A stretch of 64,000 bases of DNA from Selaginella moellendorffii (Eukaryota; Plantae; Lycopodiophyta), in assembly GCF_000143415.4 (NCBI RefSeq), contig NW_003314334.1:62001-126000 (forward strand), in the 5' to 3' direction. The notes beneath the pieces were generated by a model, which did no database searches, had not been told where the DNA came from, and was given only the letters and a program-made list of their open reading frames with translations. Positions 1-13,571 of this stretch are shown here, piece by piece. The position numbers and the translations under genes were made by a program. Numbering within the stretch: position 1 is the stretch's first letter; every line of letters begins with the position of its first letter.

Positions 1-2424
1 TGACAGTGGTCATAAAAAGCGAAAGCACGTTGGACAGTCGTCGAGATCAGAGGCGTTTGATTCGAAAAGGAAGAAGGGCAACGAAAAGATGATAGGTAAT
101 GCCTCGCGGTTATGGCGTGTGTGCTCATGCCATTCATTGCAGATCAAGGGCTGAGTGAAAGCAGGCAGTCACCACCTCATGACTCAGATTCCTATGGCGG
201 ACTCCCCTTCCCCAATCTCAATGGAGAGGTACAATGGATGAGGGAAGCTTTTCAAGGCAGGGCCACGTTTTTCTCATCTCGTCGTCTTCGAAGGGTGCAA
301 GAACGTGCAGAAACCATGTTAAGACAGTCGGGTGAGGATACGGTCCTAGGTCACGCACTAAAACAGGCTATGGATGTCTTGTATTTTGAGATGGAGACTC
401 GGCCAGATGATTTTCCCAAGATGGTCCTGGAAGAACAAGCCATCCAGCCTGAGCAGCCTATGGAAGAAATGCAGGAGGGGGATGAGGAGCCAGAGAAAGA
501 TAGCCAGAGGAGGACGAAGAAGAGGAGGACGAAGAGGACTTGGATGGTCCTCATAATGGTGACGATCACAATAACGATGACGACGATGATGACGACGATG
601 GCCAGCCTGAGGTGGCCAAAGAGCGGCAGAGGAAGGTCATACAAGACAAACCATCAGGTAAATAATAATACATCCATTCCTAACCTTTTACCATTTCTAA
701 CATTGTCCATGTAGGTCGCAGAGCAAATGGTAAGTAGAGATTATTCAGTTGAATTTACAAACTCTAGCCTTTAGTGTCGAGGAAGGATAGTGCCAAGCAA
801 GGGTCGAAACGTATGTCCAATCCTTCAGAATCAGCAGTGCGCTCAAGTGATATCGGTCCTAGTTCCTCAATAGCAGTTGATGGTAAATACAGTATAGTCG
901 ATTCAATGTGCTAATGAGTTTGTTTTTAGTAGCACGGGAGGATACCATCTCAATCGAAGGGAGATATTTGGACATGCATATGGATCCGCCAGTGGACTCT
1001 ACTTGGCTGCAAGAGTCATCAGAGCTGGTGGAGGCTACTATCCATATCAACGCCAAGCAAGCTGACCACGCTTCACTTGATGCTGCCCATACCACTGAGT
1101 CAATCTTGTCCACGTATCCAACTGACGGTGACCAGGCGCCATTGGACCCACATGAGGCCGCCCCAGCCGCCGAGCCGGTCGTATCCTCATTTCCAACGGA
1201 CTCAACGTGTGCCCAATCATCTGACTACGCGCCGTTGGAACCTCCCTACACCGCCCCTGCTGCCTGTTCGGTCATATCCACTTTGCCAACGGAGGCACCA
1301 GCTGAAATGGCGTGTGATCACACGCCATCGGAACCACCCCATGCCACTGTTGAGCCAGTTGTACCAGAGTCTACAGCTGAAATGGCATGTGCCCACACGC
1401 CATCGGATGCGATTGACCCCACATTGCAGAGGAGAGTATTTCCGCCCTTCACATTTCCTCGACCAAAACCCTCTCAACGACCATCAGGAGCAACATTCGC
1501 TAATATTGTAGATGGTAAAATTGACTTGTACCATTTTTTATGCTGACGCATTTCATTTCAGAGTCACGGCGAAGGTACTGTATCGTTTTTGATCTGAACG
1601 GTGTCCTTTTCTCCCATGAGCGTGGCTCGTCCTCGAATGTCATTGCACCCTCCAAAGCCTGCGGTCGCAAGTTGGTCAAACGAGACAGATTCACATTAAT
1701 CACACGGGAGAAACTGCGGGATCTAATAATGACCATGCGACACTTAAAACAGAGGGCCGGGTTCAATTTGCAATTGGGAGTTTGGACATCCATGATGCGC
1801 CACAATGCATTAACGTTGCTACAGATGATGCACGATCAGACGCGAGTAATATTACCATTTGACTTTCTCCTAACGCAGGAGGATTGCTTGACTATGGTCC
1901 ATGTGAGGGGTAGCAAGCCCATCTTCGTCAAGCCAGAGGCTGTAGTGATGAACCGGACTGCTAGCTCAAGTGAAATCCTCATCATCGATGACTCGCCGAT
2001 TAAAACTGTAGCGAACACGCACACATATGCAGTGCACCCCATCTCTTGCAGTATGGAAACTAGGGAGAAGAAACCGTATGTTCTGGGGGACCTTGCAAAA
2101 CGGCTTGGAGCGATGGTGATAGAGAACCGGCCAGTCCAGGAGGTGGCTGCAGAAATCAACCAAATGGCAGATGGAATGGTATATCAAAAGCCATTTGATC
2201 GGACAGACACCAGTCATCATTTATGGCATGTATATTGTCTAGCCAAGCACTATCCGCATCTCCATAATCTGCTCAACCGGATGGGTTCTTCGACCACTGA
2301 ACATGAGCGTGGACGTATTAGAGAAGAGATGGCATTACTATTGGGTTTAAATCCTGATAGTGTGGAGAGTGATGAAATTCCAAGATTATTGTATAGGCGT
2401 TGGAGGCAAAAAATAACAGTCTGA
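1..2424 (+). pseudogene. 3' exons of the ParB-like/MTase-like/HAD multi-exon gene (copy 1, frameshifted)
   Basis: Phase-1 GT-AG introns at 96-142, 658-714, 730-774, 883-929 and 1515-1561 join the ORF-track pieces into one frame. Exon 143-657 is 37 nt shorter than its copy-2 equivalent (frameshift in the acidic tract). Confidence 0.75.
1562..2424 (+). CDS. terminal exon encoding an FCP1/SCP (NIF)-type HAD phosphatase-like domain
   Basis: Motif I CIVFDLNGVL, motif II VWTS, then QEDC, motif III FVKP and motif IV IIDDSP. Confidence 0.75.
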
Positions 2425-2866
2425 GATGGCATGTATTTATTTAAAAATGTAACTTATTATGGCATGGGGTTCCATGCCATTGTATTAATATTAAAAGACA
2501 ATTCTTTGAGAGGATTTGCATTATACTAGAAGTGTTACAGCATGTTATTGGAAGTCTACGAAGTTGTTTTATTAATAATGGGAAAGTAAAGATTGAATGG
2601 GGACTTGGGCTCCACCTAGACTCGGAGCAACTGAGCCAATATTAAAAGGATGGAAAGAAATTGGACGACGATGACAAGGAGAAGAGAGAGGTGAAGCAGT
2701 GGCAGGGGGAGGAGAAGTGATTGAGTAGACATTTCCTTGTTTAAAATAAAATGGCATGTGCCTCAATGCAGTTGAATTTTGTTATATTTATATACTATAT
2801 AAAGGTTTGGAAACCTTATTTTACAAGTGGGATAATGACAATTCCCACTTTAACGAAATAGAGCTT

Positions 2867-4561
2867 GTCTCATCTTTGACTAAACCTCAAGCTTGCGTTT
2901 GCACTGCCTTCAGTTCAATCCAAGAAAAGTTTATGAGAGAGCACGGCAATGATTACTTGAACCAATAAACCAATCCCCACAGTCTTGATTGATTCACCCA
3001 TAATTATGCCTAGGAAGGATCACCTAGTGCAGTGCTAAACAGCTACAGACCAGCCTATTTGCCACTCATAGCAAACCCAAGGAAGGTTTACTTTCACCCA
3101 TGGTACAAGGAACAACTCATGGAACCACTAATAGGCTAACATTAATACTGCCAACTCAAAGTGTAATCTTGAGTTGCTAATGTGCCTCACTCACGAACCC
3201 AAGCACAAACTTGTGCAAACGGAACAGCTTATTCCATCCTACGAGCCCAAGAGCAAGCTCACATAATACGGTACAAAAAGGTAACCAAATCCATACCCAA
3301 GGAACCATTGTGAAGCCTTTGCACCTAAACGTGTACCCACTCGGATCATCGTTTTCATCTCTGCATATGCAACAAGACTAGTTGCCCAATCTCATTGAAT
3401 AGTACTCACTGAGACTCATTCTCTGATACCAAATGTAGCACACGTGGTTTTTACCCTTTATCCTATGGTGATTTACCATAGGATAACACCACGAAGCAGA
3501 ACCTAAACCCTCTTTGTGCCATGTGACAGATGCCACGTGTCCAAAGGACAGTGGTATGGAACCTGAGGTTTAGGGCCTTGGGCCACTGAACAAAAGAACG
3601 GTGCCAAAGTCCCAAGCATGGAGCCAAGGAGTGATGGAACCGAACTGTAGAGCAACTCCTGAGCATATAGCCCAAGGAAAGAAGGGATAGGAGCCTGGAG
3701 CAACTTGGAATAGTCCTTGAGCAACCAGCATCCCAATGCTAGGACTAGCATGCAAAACGGAGCCAAACGGAGTCCGGCGCTATTTCGGCATACTGGTGGC
3801 CTAACACAAGGACATGGGTACTCCACCAGCTAGCATGGAATGGAACTTGGGCTTAGACCCAAGCCAGACGTAGAACAAGGATAGGCACGCAAGCAGGAGC
3901 TAGACTATGCCTCAGGTTGGTCGGCCATACCCAACCTACCCACTATCCCTACTATACATTTGGATAGCCACCACCCCCCCCCCCTTGAGGAACACATGCT
4001 TTGGGCTTTCACCCCAAGCCTCTCTTAGTATCAAGAGTTAGTCTCTGGGACAAGCTTGACACTTACTAAATATGGAATGGCGCTAGAATGTGAATTTGGA
4101 CACGGGACGAACACCATTGTGTTCAGGCCAATCTCTACATTCCATAGATATGCCAAATGAGCGAATTTAGACACTTTCCATAAATAGTATTTGGGACCAA
4201 AATGAGACTAACACAAAGGGCATGATAGCAAGGGTGTTTAACAGACACGGTAAGCTATCATCCAGCAATATTGAGGGACCAATCTCAATACGCGAGGGTT
4301 CTTGTCAAGCTAGTGCAAGATAGAGCAAAAGAGAACTAAGAGCCAGGCCAAGTATGCTCAGCTAGAAACACATAGGAGTTCCTACCTTATGTCCATTTGG
4401 CTAAGTACAGGTGCTAAGCCCAGTAAACTAACACTTGAACAAGAGGGGCTGATAAAGGGAACCAGCAATACTGACCTCTTGCCATCATGGCAGTAAGTAA
4501 AGAGTGTCTGTAAGAACTAGCCAACAGGTAACTTTAGATACCCGAAGTCACATTTGCGACA
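2867..4561 (-). mobile_element. family B LTR retrotransposon fragment: 5' LTR (3434-4561), PBS and truncated internal region
   Basis: TG..CA LTR homologous to solo LTR 32777-33925. CTCTGATACCA at 3421-3431 is the reverse complement of the tRNA-Met PBS TGGTATCAGAG. Confidence 0.8.
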
Positions 4562-6712
4562 GATAGCAACATACAAATGATGGGAAAAATGGAGGCAACT
4601 AATAATCGACACCACCAAGTTTCAATTGTGCCTGTAGATAAGAGAGCTGCAATGATGTTGCAAGGAACACACATGATGTGCGAGGAACTTCAATTGCTTC
4701 GGCAGGCTTTTATGGTGACAAAAGAGAAGAAGAATTTTTCTAAAGTGTTGAAATGGAAGTAGAAGGTGTGACAAGGTGCTGGATTGATCTAGGGTATGGC
4801 ATTGCAAGCTCCAGGGCTGTCACAATTGCGATGAGGCAAGGCAGCGCTTGAATCATCGATCTTTGAGGGTTTCCTGGCTCAAATGAAGGGGCAGAGAGAT
4901 CAGCATCAAAATTGCTGCTCCAGCGATGGCGGATTTTCTTCTCTGGCCACTTGTTGTATCACATCAAGCTGCTTGTGCTCATCGCAATTCTCTTGTCCAC
5001 GGCACTGCTCGCATGCAAGTTCTTGGAGGGCTTTGTGGGGGAGCTCACATGGTGGCAAAATTAGGGCAGTAAAAAAATTTAGATGATGTGGCAATTTAGC
5101 CACGTGGCATTATTTTCTTTGTGTATTTTACTAGGTGGGAGAAATTTATTGAAGGACATTGGGTTCCCCCATTCCCCCCCATTTAGGTGCCAGGTATGGA
5201 AACCAAGGTTTAATTTCTCCCCCTAGAAAATTTCCCCCCATAGTGGAACATGGAACTCCACCTTAAGTTTTATATGGCATGGTACTTCTCTCCACCCTCC
5301 AGTGTCCATGCCCTTTATGCTCACAATCCCACAGTGGTCGTCAGTGGAAAAGGGCTAGAGAAGGCATAGCTTGCCCTCTCACCTGTCTTCTACCCTAATT
5401 GTCAAGATTACTATGCAAACCCTGAGTTGTGATCCAAACTCTAAACTCTCTCTGTCGCCACTCTTGCTCATCCAGTTAATCAACTTAACTTCAAAACTCG
5501 GTTGGCTTGGGGAATTTCATTGTTGGACTCAGGCTGTTCCCAGTGGCTACACTACTATGACAAGCAGTAAAACCTGGAACGATCTCTGCTGCTTGTTGGC
5601 TGAGACCAAACACCTGCCCGTGACCTGGTGATGCTTCTAACGATGTGGCCGCTGCCTCTTGGTTGAATCCCTGCTCGGCGGCTGCTCCATGGCCGAACCC
5701 ACGAGCCAAGTGACCGGGTGCTCCAAATCCTAGCTCCAACTCAACGGCTGCTTCTTGGCTGAATCCGGGTTTGCAAGGATTCACCAAACAATGTATTTGT
5801 CCTCAGAAGTTAATATGACAGTCGAGTCTGCCTATTTGGTGTTTGTTTGGAATTCTTATATCCATTCTTCTGGTTTTCCACATTGCAAAGAAGATCGAAC
5901 AATAAAATAGCCACAAGCAACAGCTTGTTCTCTCATTCAATTAGAAGCTGGTCCCTGGTTAAGTTCAGTTAAACTTTCCAAGTGTAACTGTGTTGGGATA
6001 ACCCTGCATGGAGCTTTCGTCTTCGCTCAAGAAGCAAATAAGCAAATCTGAAGGCGGATTTGTCTGCGATTGTTGCCTTAACCATTCAGTAGATGTGCTA
6101 TTCAGCCGTTCAGGGTACATAAAGCATGTCCAAGCTATGATCTAGATGCTGACACAGGGATATGGAATTCTAGTAAATTTAACTCTGTTTCCTCATTGTT
6201 CTTTTTTCCAGAACCTCACCTCAAATGGACCGGATCCCTATCCCTAGTAGTCCTAGCATATCTAACAAGAAAATCCGTGGAAGAAAGCTTAGATAGATTT
6301 TCTTACACAGATAGAGATCCTCCAGATCCACACGAAGGTAAATCTTTCATCTTTTTTAAATCCCAGCTGTATTGTTTGTAGTGATGACAAATGATGTTGC
6401 TGATCGTCTATAAAGCTTGAAATCCCAATGCAAAACTGCCCTGACATGATCTGATATGGAAAGCTATTCTTAAATTGTTCGCAATGCTTGATGAACATCA
6501 TGTGACCCAGGCTGTTCTTCGAAGGCTCTTCAAAGGAGATGATCAAGTTCCTAGCTTGTTCCAGCTTTTAAGCTGGAAGGGAGAACTAAGCAGAGTCAAA
6601 ATTCTATTTAGAAATTAAGTCGAATGCACTTTAATGTGTGGCTTTAAAATTTGTAGAGTCTATCTTGGCCTTTGAGGTTATGTACAAGACTATGGGCCTT
6701 CTAACTATGGTG

Positions 6713-7240
6713 CTGCGGTGCTCCCAGCTCATGTGGAGTGGTGCCCCACTTGAGTACCTTGTGGCTCATTGGTCCTTGCCCTTCCTAGGGACTTGGGCCT
6801 TCCCTTCAGGATAGAAGTGGGGGGGTAGAGGTACCCATACCGCACCATTAGGCCACAGTGTTTCGCCCCGATGTCCCGAAGCAAGTGTTGCACCTAAGGC
6901 TTGGGATTTAGAGGGTCCCATGATCAAGTCTTGTTGTACCAAGGGATGTTAGAAACCTTGAGGCTTGGTGTGCTTGGCTGCTTGTGCCTGCGAGGACTGT
7001 AGCCGAACCTTAAGTCCAGTCTAATCCGGGGAGGGGGATTGGGAGAGATTTGGGAATCCGTGGATGGATGGCTAATGCTCCGTTGCTCGTGCAGTGAGTA
7101 GCTGAAACCAAATAGGACTAAGTAGGAGCTGGTACAATAGGCGGGAACCTTGGCAAGGGAACTTAGCAAAAGCCAAAGCAGTGTTGGTCGGATAGACGAG
7201 GTAAGCTAGCAAATTGGAAAGGAAAAATTTGTGGCTTACA
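6713..7240 (+). repeat. partial family C LTR
   Basis: Reverse complement of 22594-~23120; ends ...GTGGCTTACA. Confidence 0.8.
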
Positions 7241-7849
7241 TGAGCCTCTCAAGCCATCTGGACCATTCCTTTTCTTCAGAGTTTATGCTCATGTTGGTGT
7301 CTAATGAGAACCTTACAAGTCTCCACCATATTGGTGAGGATTTCACGCTATTTTGGACAATTTGTGTGTGACGGGCTCATTTAGAACAGATAACATCTAT
7401 ATGAACTCTCCTCTTGTTACTAATATGATGCCACAAAAGTCTGTATCACAGTTTTATGTCATGCAAGACCCTCTTAACAGCTTTAAAAGCGTGAATGGTA
7501 CCATGCTTATCTCACCCCATATGAGTAGTTCAGCTCTACTTATGACCTCAGTAAGTGCTCAATTCTCTCACAAATCCGAGGTGCATGTTTTTGTGATTGG
7601 TTGTTAGGCACTAGCTTTGATTACATGGTCAATGTTGGTCAAAGGGAGGCTCAAGGGTATATTAAGGCATGTTAGGGTAAGCAACTTAACCTACCCTAGG
7701 CCTCATAGTGGAGCGACGATGCAGTGGAGCTTTTGAGGTAGCTTAGGGGTGGTTGGGTGGTGAGGAACCTCAAAAGGAGGCATAGAAAAACTAGTTCTCT
7801 ATTTGTTTTGCGCCAGATCATAACATTAGTATCAAAGGAGTTGGTTGCG

Positions 7850-9298
7850 ATGGCTGACCAGAATGAATGCTGGAATCCTATTGTCGATAGAGGTGCGAGC
7901 CCTTAACCAAAATCAATGAGAGATGTAAGATGAGATGCATGGCATGATGGATACCATGGATACGCATGTTGAGGCACTTGAGGCTAGACATGATAGTGCT
8001 CCAAGTAAGCATTCCTTGATAGATCAACTCAAGATTCCAAACTTTTCTGGTGATGGTGGTGTGGACGAGTGTCTTGCTTGGCTAGCCAATGTGAAGAAGT
8101 TCTTGGTTGCTAGGGGAACTCCAGATGCAAAGGCTTTAGTGGCTATTCTAATGGTTTTGTGTGATGTGGTCTTTGGTGGTGGAATTGGTTTGAGGAGTCT
8201 CGTGTTGCAAATAAGAAACCACTAGTGTCTACCGTGGATGCGTTTGAGGTTTCTTTTTATTTACATTTTGCCCCTCACTACGATGTGGAGAATGCTCATA
8301 GGGAATTTTGACATTTTTAGCAAGGGAAAATGATGCTCGGGAACTATATTGAGAAGCTTACTCACTTGATTAACTGTGTTCCAACAAAGGATCCAGATCA
8401 GAACAAATCCTACTTCATTGATTGCCTTCATAATGAGAGCATGCAATAACACTTATGTCATTCTCAGCCTATAAAGAGTTTGGAGGAGCTCTTTGATGCG
8501 GCTCGTTGACTTAACAATGACAAGCACAAGTCTCGCAAGCATTCGTGGAGTCCTTCTGTCTAGAAAAATCGTCGTGATGATCGCCATGGACACAAGGATG
8601 GGAACAAGCACCACAAGTTGAAGTCTGTGGTGACTACTTCAAATGCAAAGGGGTCAAAGAAGCAAAAGTTCTTTGTGAAAAATTATAAACAAGGTTGTCA
8701 TCATTGTAGCAAGCTTGGACACTACAAGGCTGATTGTCCACAGCTGAAGAGCAAGCAGCAGGGCAAGAAGAATGGCCACTTTTCTACTGATAGTAAGTCA
8801 GATATTAAAAAGTTGCAAACTTTGCAGCGTGAGGATGACAGGGATGACCATTCCGGTCGGAGGAAGAGGCTTTTGATTGTTGCTCATCAACTCAATTGTG
8901 TGTGGAATAAGATGGAGCTTGAAGACACTTGTGAATCAACTTTAATACTGGAGGGCGGTCTAGTGTGGATTTTACTGGATAATGGGAGCGATGACAACTT
9001 TGTTTCGGCAAAGTTTGTTGTGGAGCATGGCGGAGTTCTTCCATACACAGTGGAAGGTGCAGCTACCTCTACTCAGCATTTCGATGCTTGTGTCGAGGGG
9101 TTGGAAGTGTTGGTTGGCAAAACCACACTTGTGGAGACTTTTTATCTCACGGATATCCATTGCGTGGATCTCATTCTTGGGATGCCATGGTTGGTGAAGG
9201 TGGATCCAGAGATAAAGTGGAGTATTAAGCATATCTTGCTAGAGTATGGTGGTGTTCAAGATGTGTGGTTTGGCGAGGGCGTTCAACCACTACTTTAA
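7850..9298 (+). pseudogene. degenerate Ty3/gypsy gag-protease
   Basis: LKIPNFSG gag motif, CCHC knuckle CHHCSKLGHYKADC, aspartic protease LLDNGSDDNFVS and DLILGMPWL. Several stops and frameshifts; a degenerate PBS lies near 7826-7840. Confidence 0.85.
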
Positions 9299-9359
9299 TA
9301 TTTAATATCATAAAAATATTATATAATGCTTTCTACTACATCTTTGAAGCGGGCTTGTC

Positions 9360-12291
9360 GTAATGGAAAAGCGAACATGGCCATGGACGGAAAAGGGACT
9401 TAGTAGGAACTGACAAAAGGGATATTGGGGAAGGCTATTCCCCATGTCTGTAGGCATCCTAAGGATGCTAAGGAGTGGATCTAGGATGACCGCTCGTGGA
9501 CAGATGGCCCAGTCTTGGAAAGACAGGACTGTGATGCAAGTGGTGTTGGACCATCAGTGCGGCAAAGGTGAAGGGGCATGGCCTTAGCATAACATACCAA
9601 TATGTTAGTGGTACCTTTGGGTGTCGGTCTTGGGATTGGACATATGGAGCACTTGCACCAAGTGCAATGATTGAGTGGCATGGATGCCATTCTTGGGGCT
9701 AGCAAGTCCCTAAGTCTAGAATGGGACTTATGGAAGTTGTGAGTGAGACTCCTCCAAGTGGTTGAAGGTATGGTTAAGTGATTAATGTAGAATGGAAAAA
9801 TTAGTTGCTTACAACATGGTATCGGAGTTGTTCCTTAGTTTAACTTTTATTGGAGCTCAAGAATATCACCACTACTGTTGGCATTAGAAGGTCCTAGAAG
9901 GGGGCCTATCCTTGAGGAGTAGCAGGTCTAAAAGACATGACTCTTCACTATAGTTCATGTGTGAACTTGTAGGCAAGGTGGTGGATCGAAAAGGGCCAAT
10001 AATGGAATGATTTTGGGATCTTGGGAACAGCATAAGGTTTCCTTAGAGAGCTGAGGATGTGATTCAGATGAGCATTTGACGCAGCAAATGGGTTAGCGTA
10101 GTTATGGTAAACAACTATAGTTGGGATCATGGGAAAGTTGCAGACTCCAAAACAATAAAGGAGTCATAAGATTACCCTCATATAGCTAAGGCTGATGCTC
10201 ATAACTTTGAGACCGGAATTGATGACCATGGGAGGTTAAATACAGAAGAGGACACAAGTCTTTGAAATGGTAGCTGGGGCTACCTCTAATAAATGCTGGA
10301 ACAACCCAAGGAGTTGGGGGTGTACTCAGAGGATGAGTTGGTATTCTCATCACATGGACAAGTGGTCCTAAGGGGCAAAAGGTTACCCCAAAAGAAAAAA
10401 TCAACTGTCGAAGTAACACTTGCAAAGATGGTCCTTGTGAATAGGACCTGAATACAAGAAGTTGTATTCCGGTGAGCTGGCACGTCAAAGGTAGGACTTT
10501 ACGGGTTGTCAGATGATAAAATCTAAAAAGCTGGATGACTCAAATAGAGTCAAGGAATAATCCTAAAGGATTGATGGAAGCATTTGGACTGAGGTGTGTG
10601 GTACCCCACAAAGGATGGGGGGGATCATAGGATCCAAGTATGAGAAAAGAGGGTATCTCGTCGATGGCAAAATGTGCCATGCTAAAGTCGTGGGAAAGGT
10701 GTTCCCTAAAAAAGAAAGCAACTTTGGCATAGAGTTGTGCGTGAATACTATGGTGTAGTGCTAACAAATAGCTGGCATGAGAAACATTGTATTGGTCTTG
10801 GCAAAGACCTAGACACTAATAAGTAGTGTCATAAATATAGGCTTATAGAGCCGATGGTGTGGAGACACCAAATGTGCCAAGGTGTGATACCTTGAGGTTA
10901 TGTTAGTGGGTTCATGAGAACCCCTTACCAAGGGAATCCCAATGGAAATGGGAATGGCATAGTCTAAGTTGGAAGGCATGCAATTGGAGTGTGGTGACCC
11001 AGATAATGATGGGGGTGTGGAAGCACCAAGCAATGAGTTGTAAACCTTGACAACTATGAGGCAACTAAGCAAAAGGTGCAAAATAATTGGTTAAACTGGT
11101 AGAAAGCAGCTACCTAAGACTTTTGGGATAAGGAAGTTGGATATACCCTTATGGGGGAGAAGCTGCTTATGTTGCGATATAGTAAGTCAATGTCGTAAAG
11201 GGAATGCTCATTGCCAAAGATCATCATTGGGACACCCAAACACTCTAAAACACCAGGAAGTGGTGTTTGGTGTCGCAAGGGCATTAGATAAGGCCCAAGG
11301 GACTAAGTCCCTAACGAATGGTGGATAGGAGGTGCCATCTAAACGTCCAAAGTTGTGAAGATGGGAGGAATCCATCTACCCGATTTGGACAAAGCCAAAA
11401 ATGGGATTTTGGCAAGGCTAGTGATGAGCATATGGAGGCCTATAAGTAGCAACGGTAATCCCGGTGTGTAGGATTATAAGGTGAGCATGCCTAAATTGAG
11501 GAACCACTCCCTAAACTATCGGGTAGGTTCATCCCTATGAATACGTGCTAAGGCATGGTAGAATGTGCAAAGTTATCCTCCTAGTTTGGAGGAGAATAAC
11601 CAAAGTCGAAGGGCATAACCAACGGTGGTTATGCAAGTTGGGAGTGGAGAATCAAGAGGGTGCTCGAGGATGTTGTTAATAGCAACTGTGATGCCATGGA
11701 GAGTTTAAAATGTGGAATTATCCATGTTAGACCATATGGTGAGTAGGGAGTTTGCAAAGGAAAAGCCTTAGCAAGCTAAGGAACAAAGTTCTTTGAAGGT
11801 TCCCAAAGACAATTCTAGGTAGATAAGTACTTAGAAAGCCAAGTGTAAATGGCTTATAGAATATGCGGAATCAAAGTGGTGCAGCAAAAGTGTGGTCTTG
11901 AAGCTTGCCATGAGGTGAGGCTATCAAAGTTGGGGAAGTAATCCCTGAGTGTTCAAAGAGATGGCTTTGAACAAAAGTCGATGGTTAAGGACTTTCACGC
12001 TTATGCATGAACCATGGTACATTGGTCTAGCGACTTGCTAAGTGGGGTTAGCGAGTCGGGGGAACAAATACCCTAGTTGGAGGTGTTGACTTTAAATGGG
12101 GTGGCCCATGGGGCCAAGCATGGAGGAGTCCATGCATGATCACAAACTTGTCAAGTGAGAGGACTTTGCAGTATGGAGGAACTAGGTTCCTAAGTTGTGA
12201 TCTTTAGTGTGCTTTAAGTATAAGTTGGTGCACCGGCGTGGGGAGTCATGCTAGGCATCCAGGGTGATGCCATTCGTAGATGCATATACGG
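9360..12291 (+). mobile_element. older family A element: 5' LTR tail (to 9813), PBS and internal region
   Basis: Diverged homolog of 39200-42183; PBS TGGTATCGGAG at 9817. The internal region resumes at 23768. Confidence 0.8.
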
Positions 12292-12450
12292 TGATGTCCA
12301 CCTTGAGCCCGTCCTGACCCACCACATGCCTGAGAAATTTTACCTCTTGTTGAACAAAGTCACATTTGCTCTCTTTAGCATACAGTTTGTGTTCCCTTAG
12401 TTTCTCAAACACCTTCGCCAAGTGTTTGGCATGCTCCTCTAGCATCTCGC

Positions 12451-12868
12451 TGGAAAAGGGAGAAAAAGACAAGCTCGAGGATTCAAGCTTAGGAAAGTAA
12501 ACTTGAGAGGTTCAAGGTTAGGACTGTATTCCTAACCTTGACGTCAGCAGTAGCGACTATAAAAGTAGGACTTAGAATGTTTTTAGACTTATCCCTAATA
12601 CAAAATACATTGCAATACATCATCATTCTGCCTATCTCTTTGGCTATTCACAGCAATGTCTTACTTACCCACCGCCTTCAAGGGATCAAAGGCGTGGGAC
12701 TAGCACCTTCAAGCACATGTTCACAGTCTCTACTTGGCTTGGCACAAGCAGGTAAGTGCACTCTTCTTGTAGTGTAGTTTTAGTTTTAGGGACTAGATTA
12801 GATTTGAAACTCCTAGGAAAATCTCGTGTGGACGTTTCCTCCCAGTCCAGAGATTCCAGGAGTTTTCA
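12451..12868 (+). repeat. 5' LTR of the gypsy element
   Basis: Direct repeat of 21060-21477. Confidence 0.95.
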
Positions 12869-12869
12869 C

Positions 12870-12886
12870 TGGCGACCACGGTGGGA
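12870..12886 (+). other. primer binding site, probably tRNA-Arg
   Basis: TGGCGACCACGGTGGGA immediately after the LTR, complementary to a plant tRNA-Arg-type 3' end (recalled, not searched). Confidence 0.65.
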
Positions 12887-13571
12887 TAGAGCAGATCAAG
12901 ACGATCATTTCCCCCAAAACTTCAAGGAAAACGGACCAAAGACGCTCAAGAAAATGGCATAGGAAGAAAAAGCCCCAAAAATCAAGAAAAACAAGACCGT
13001 AAAACAAAAACGGTGGAAGAGCATGAAGGATTGAAGAAAAAAATGGAGCGTAAGACCAAAAGATGAAGAACACTTGAAGATTGAAGCCACCCAAGTCATG
13101 GAAAACTTGGAGCGTACGCGTAACTGTTTTTGGCGAGAGGTTGAAGAGAGCGAATATTCCAAGAATCTACGAGAAGGAAACGACCAAGGGAAAATTCTAG
13201 CGGCTGGAGATGGAGGAAGAATGAAAAAGCACGACTGCCCATTTGGAGACACAAGCTGTACAAGATACGAGGACTACCTTTTGTGTGGTTTCAGAAATTG
13301 TGCAAAACCGTACAAGTAATGCTATCCAAAATGGCGATGTGACACTTGCAAGCAAGCAAAAGCTAGACTTCAAATCAAGGATGAAAATGCCATAGCGGAG
13401 GAGAGAAGAAAACGAGAAGAAATAGCCCAAGAAAATGACACTAAAAAGAGAGACGATAGTTTAGAACAAGCAGCGAAACAAAGCTTTAGTTGCTTACAAA
13501 AACTTCAAGAAACGATTCTGCGACTCTTCTACAAATTGTTTAGCAGATAGGAAGGATGCAAAAATGAGGAA

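Larger units (their letters stand above)
1..2866 (+). mobile_element. 3' arm of a large DNA element (copy 1), inverted copy of 53790-56690
   Basis: 1-2866 is the near-identical reverse complement of ~53790-56690. Homology stops sharply at ...TAACGAAATAGAGCTT in both copies, and each copy abuts a different LTR-retrotransposon internal sequence. Confidence 0.8.

Noticed and set aside
2820-2866. Helitron 3' end
   Set aside because: A subterminal hairpin is present, but there is no CTRR terminus and no Rep/helicase; the linked enzyme looks DDE-type.
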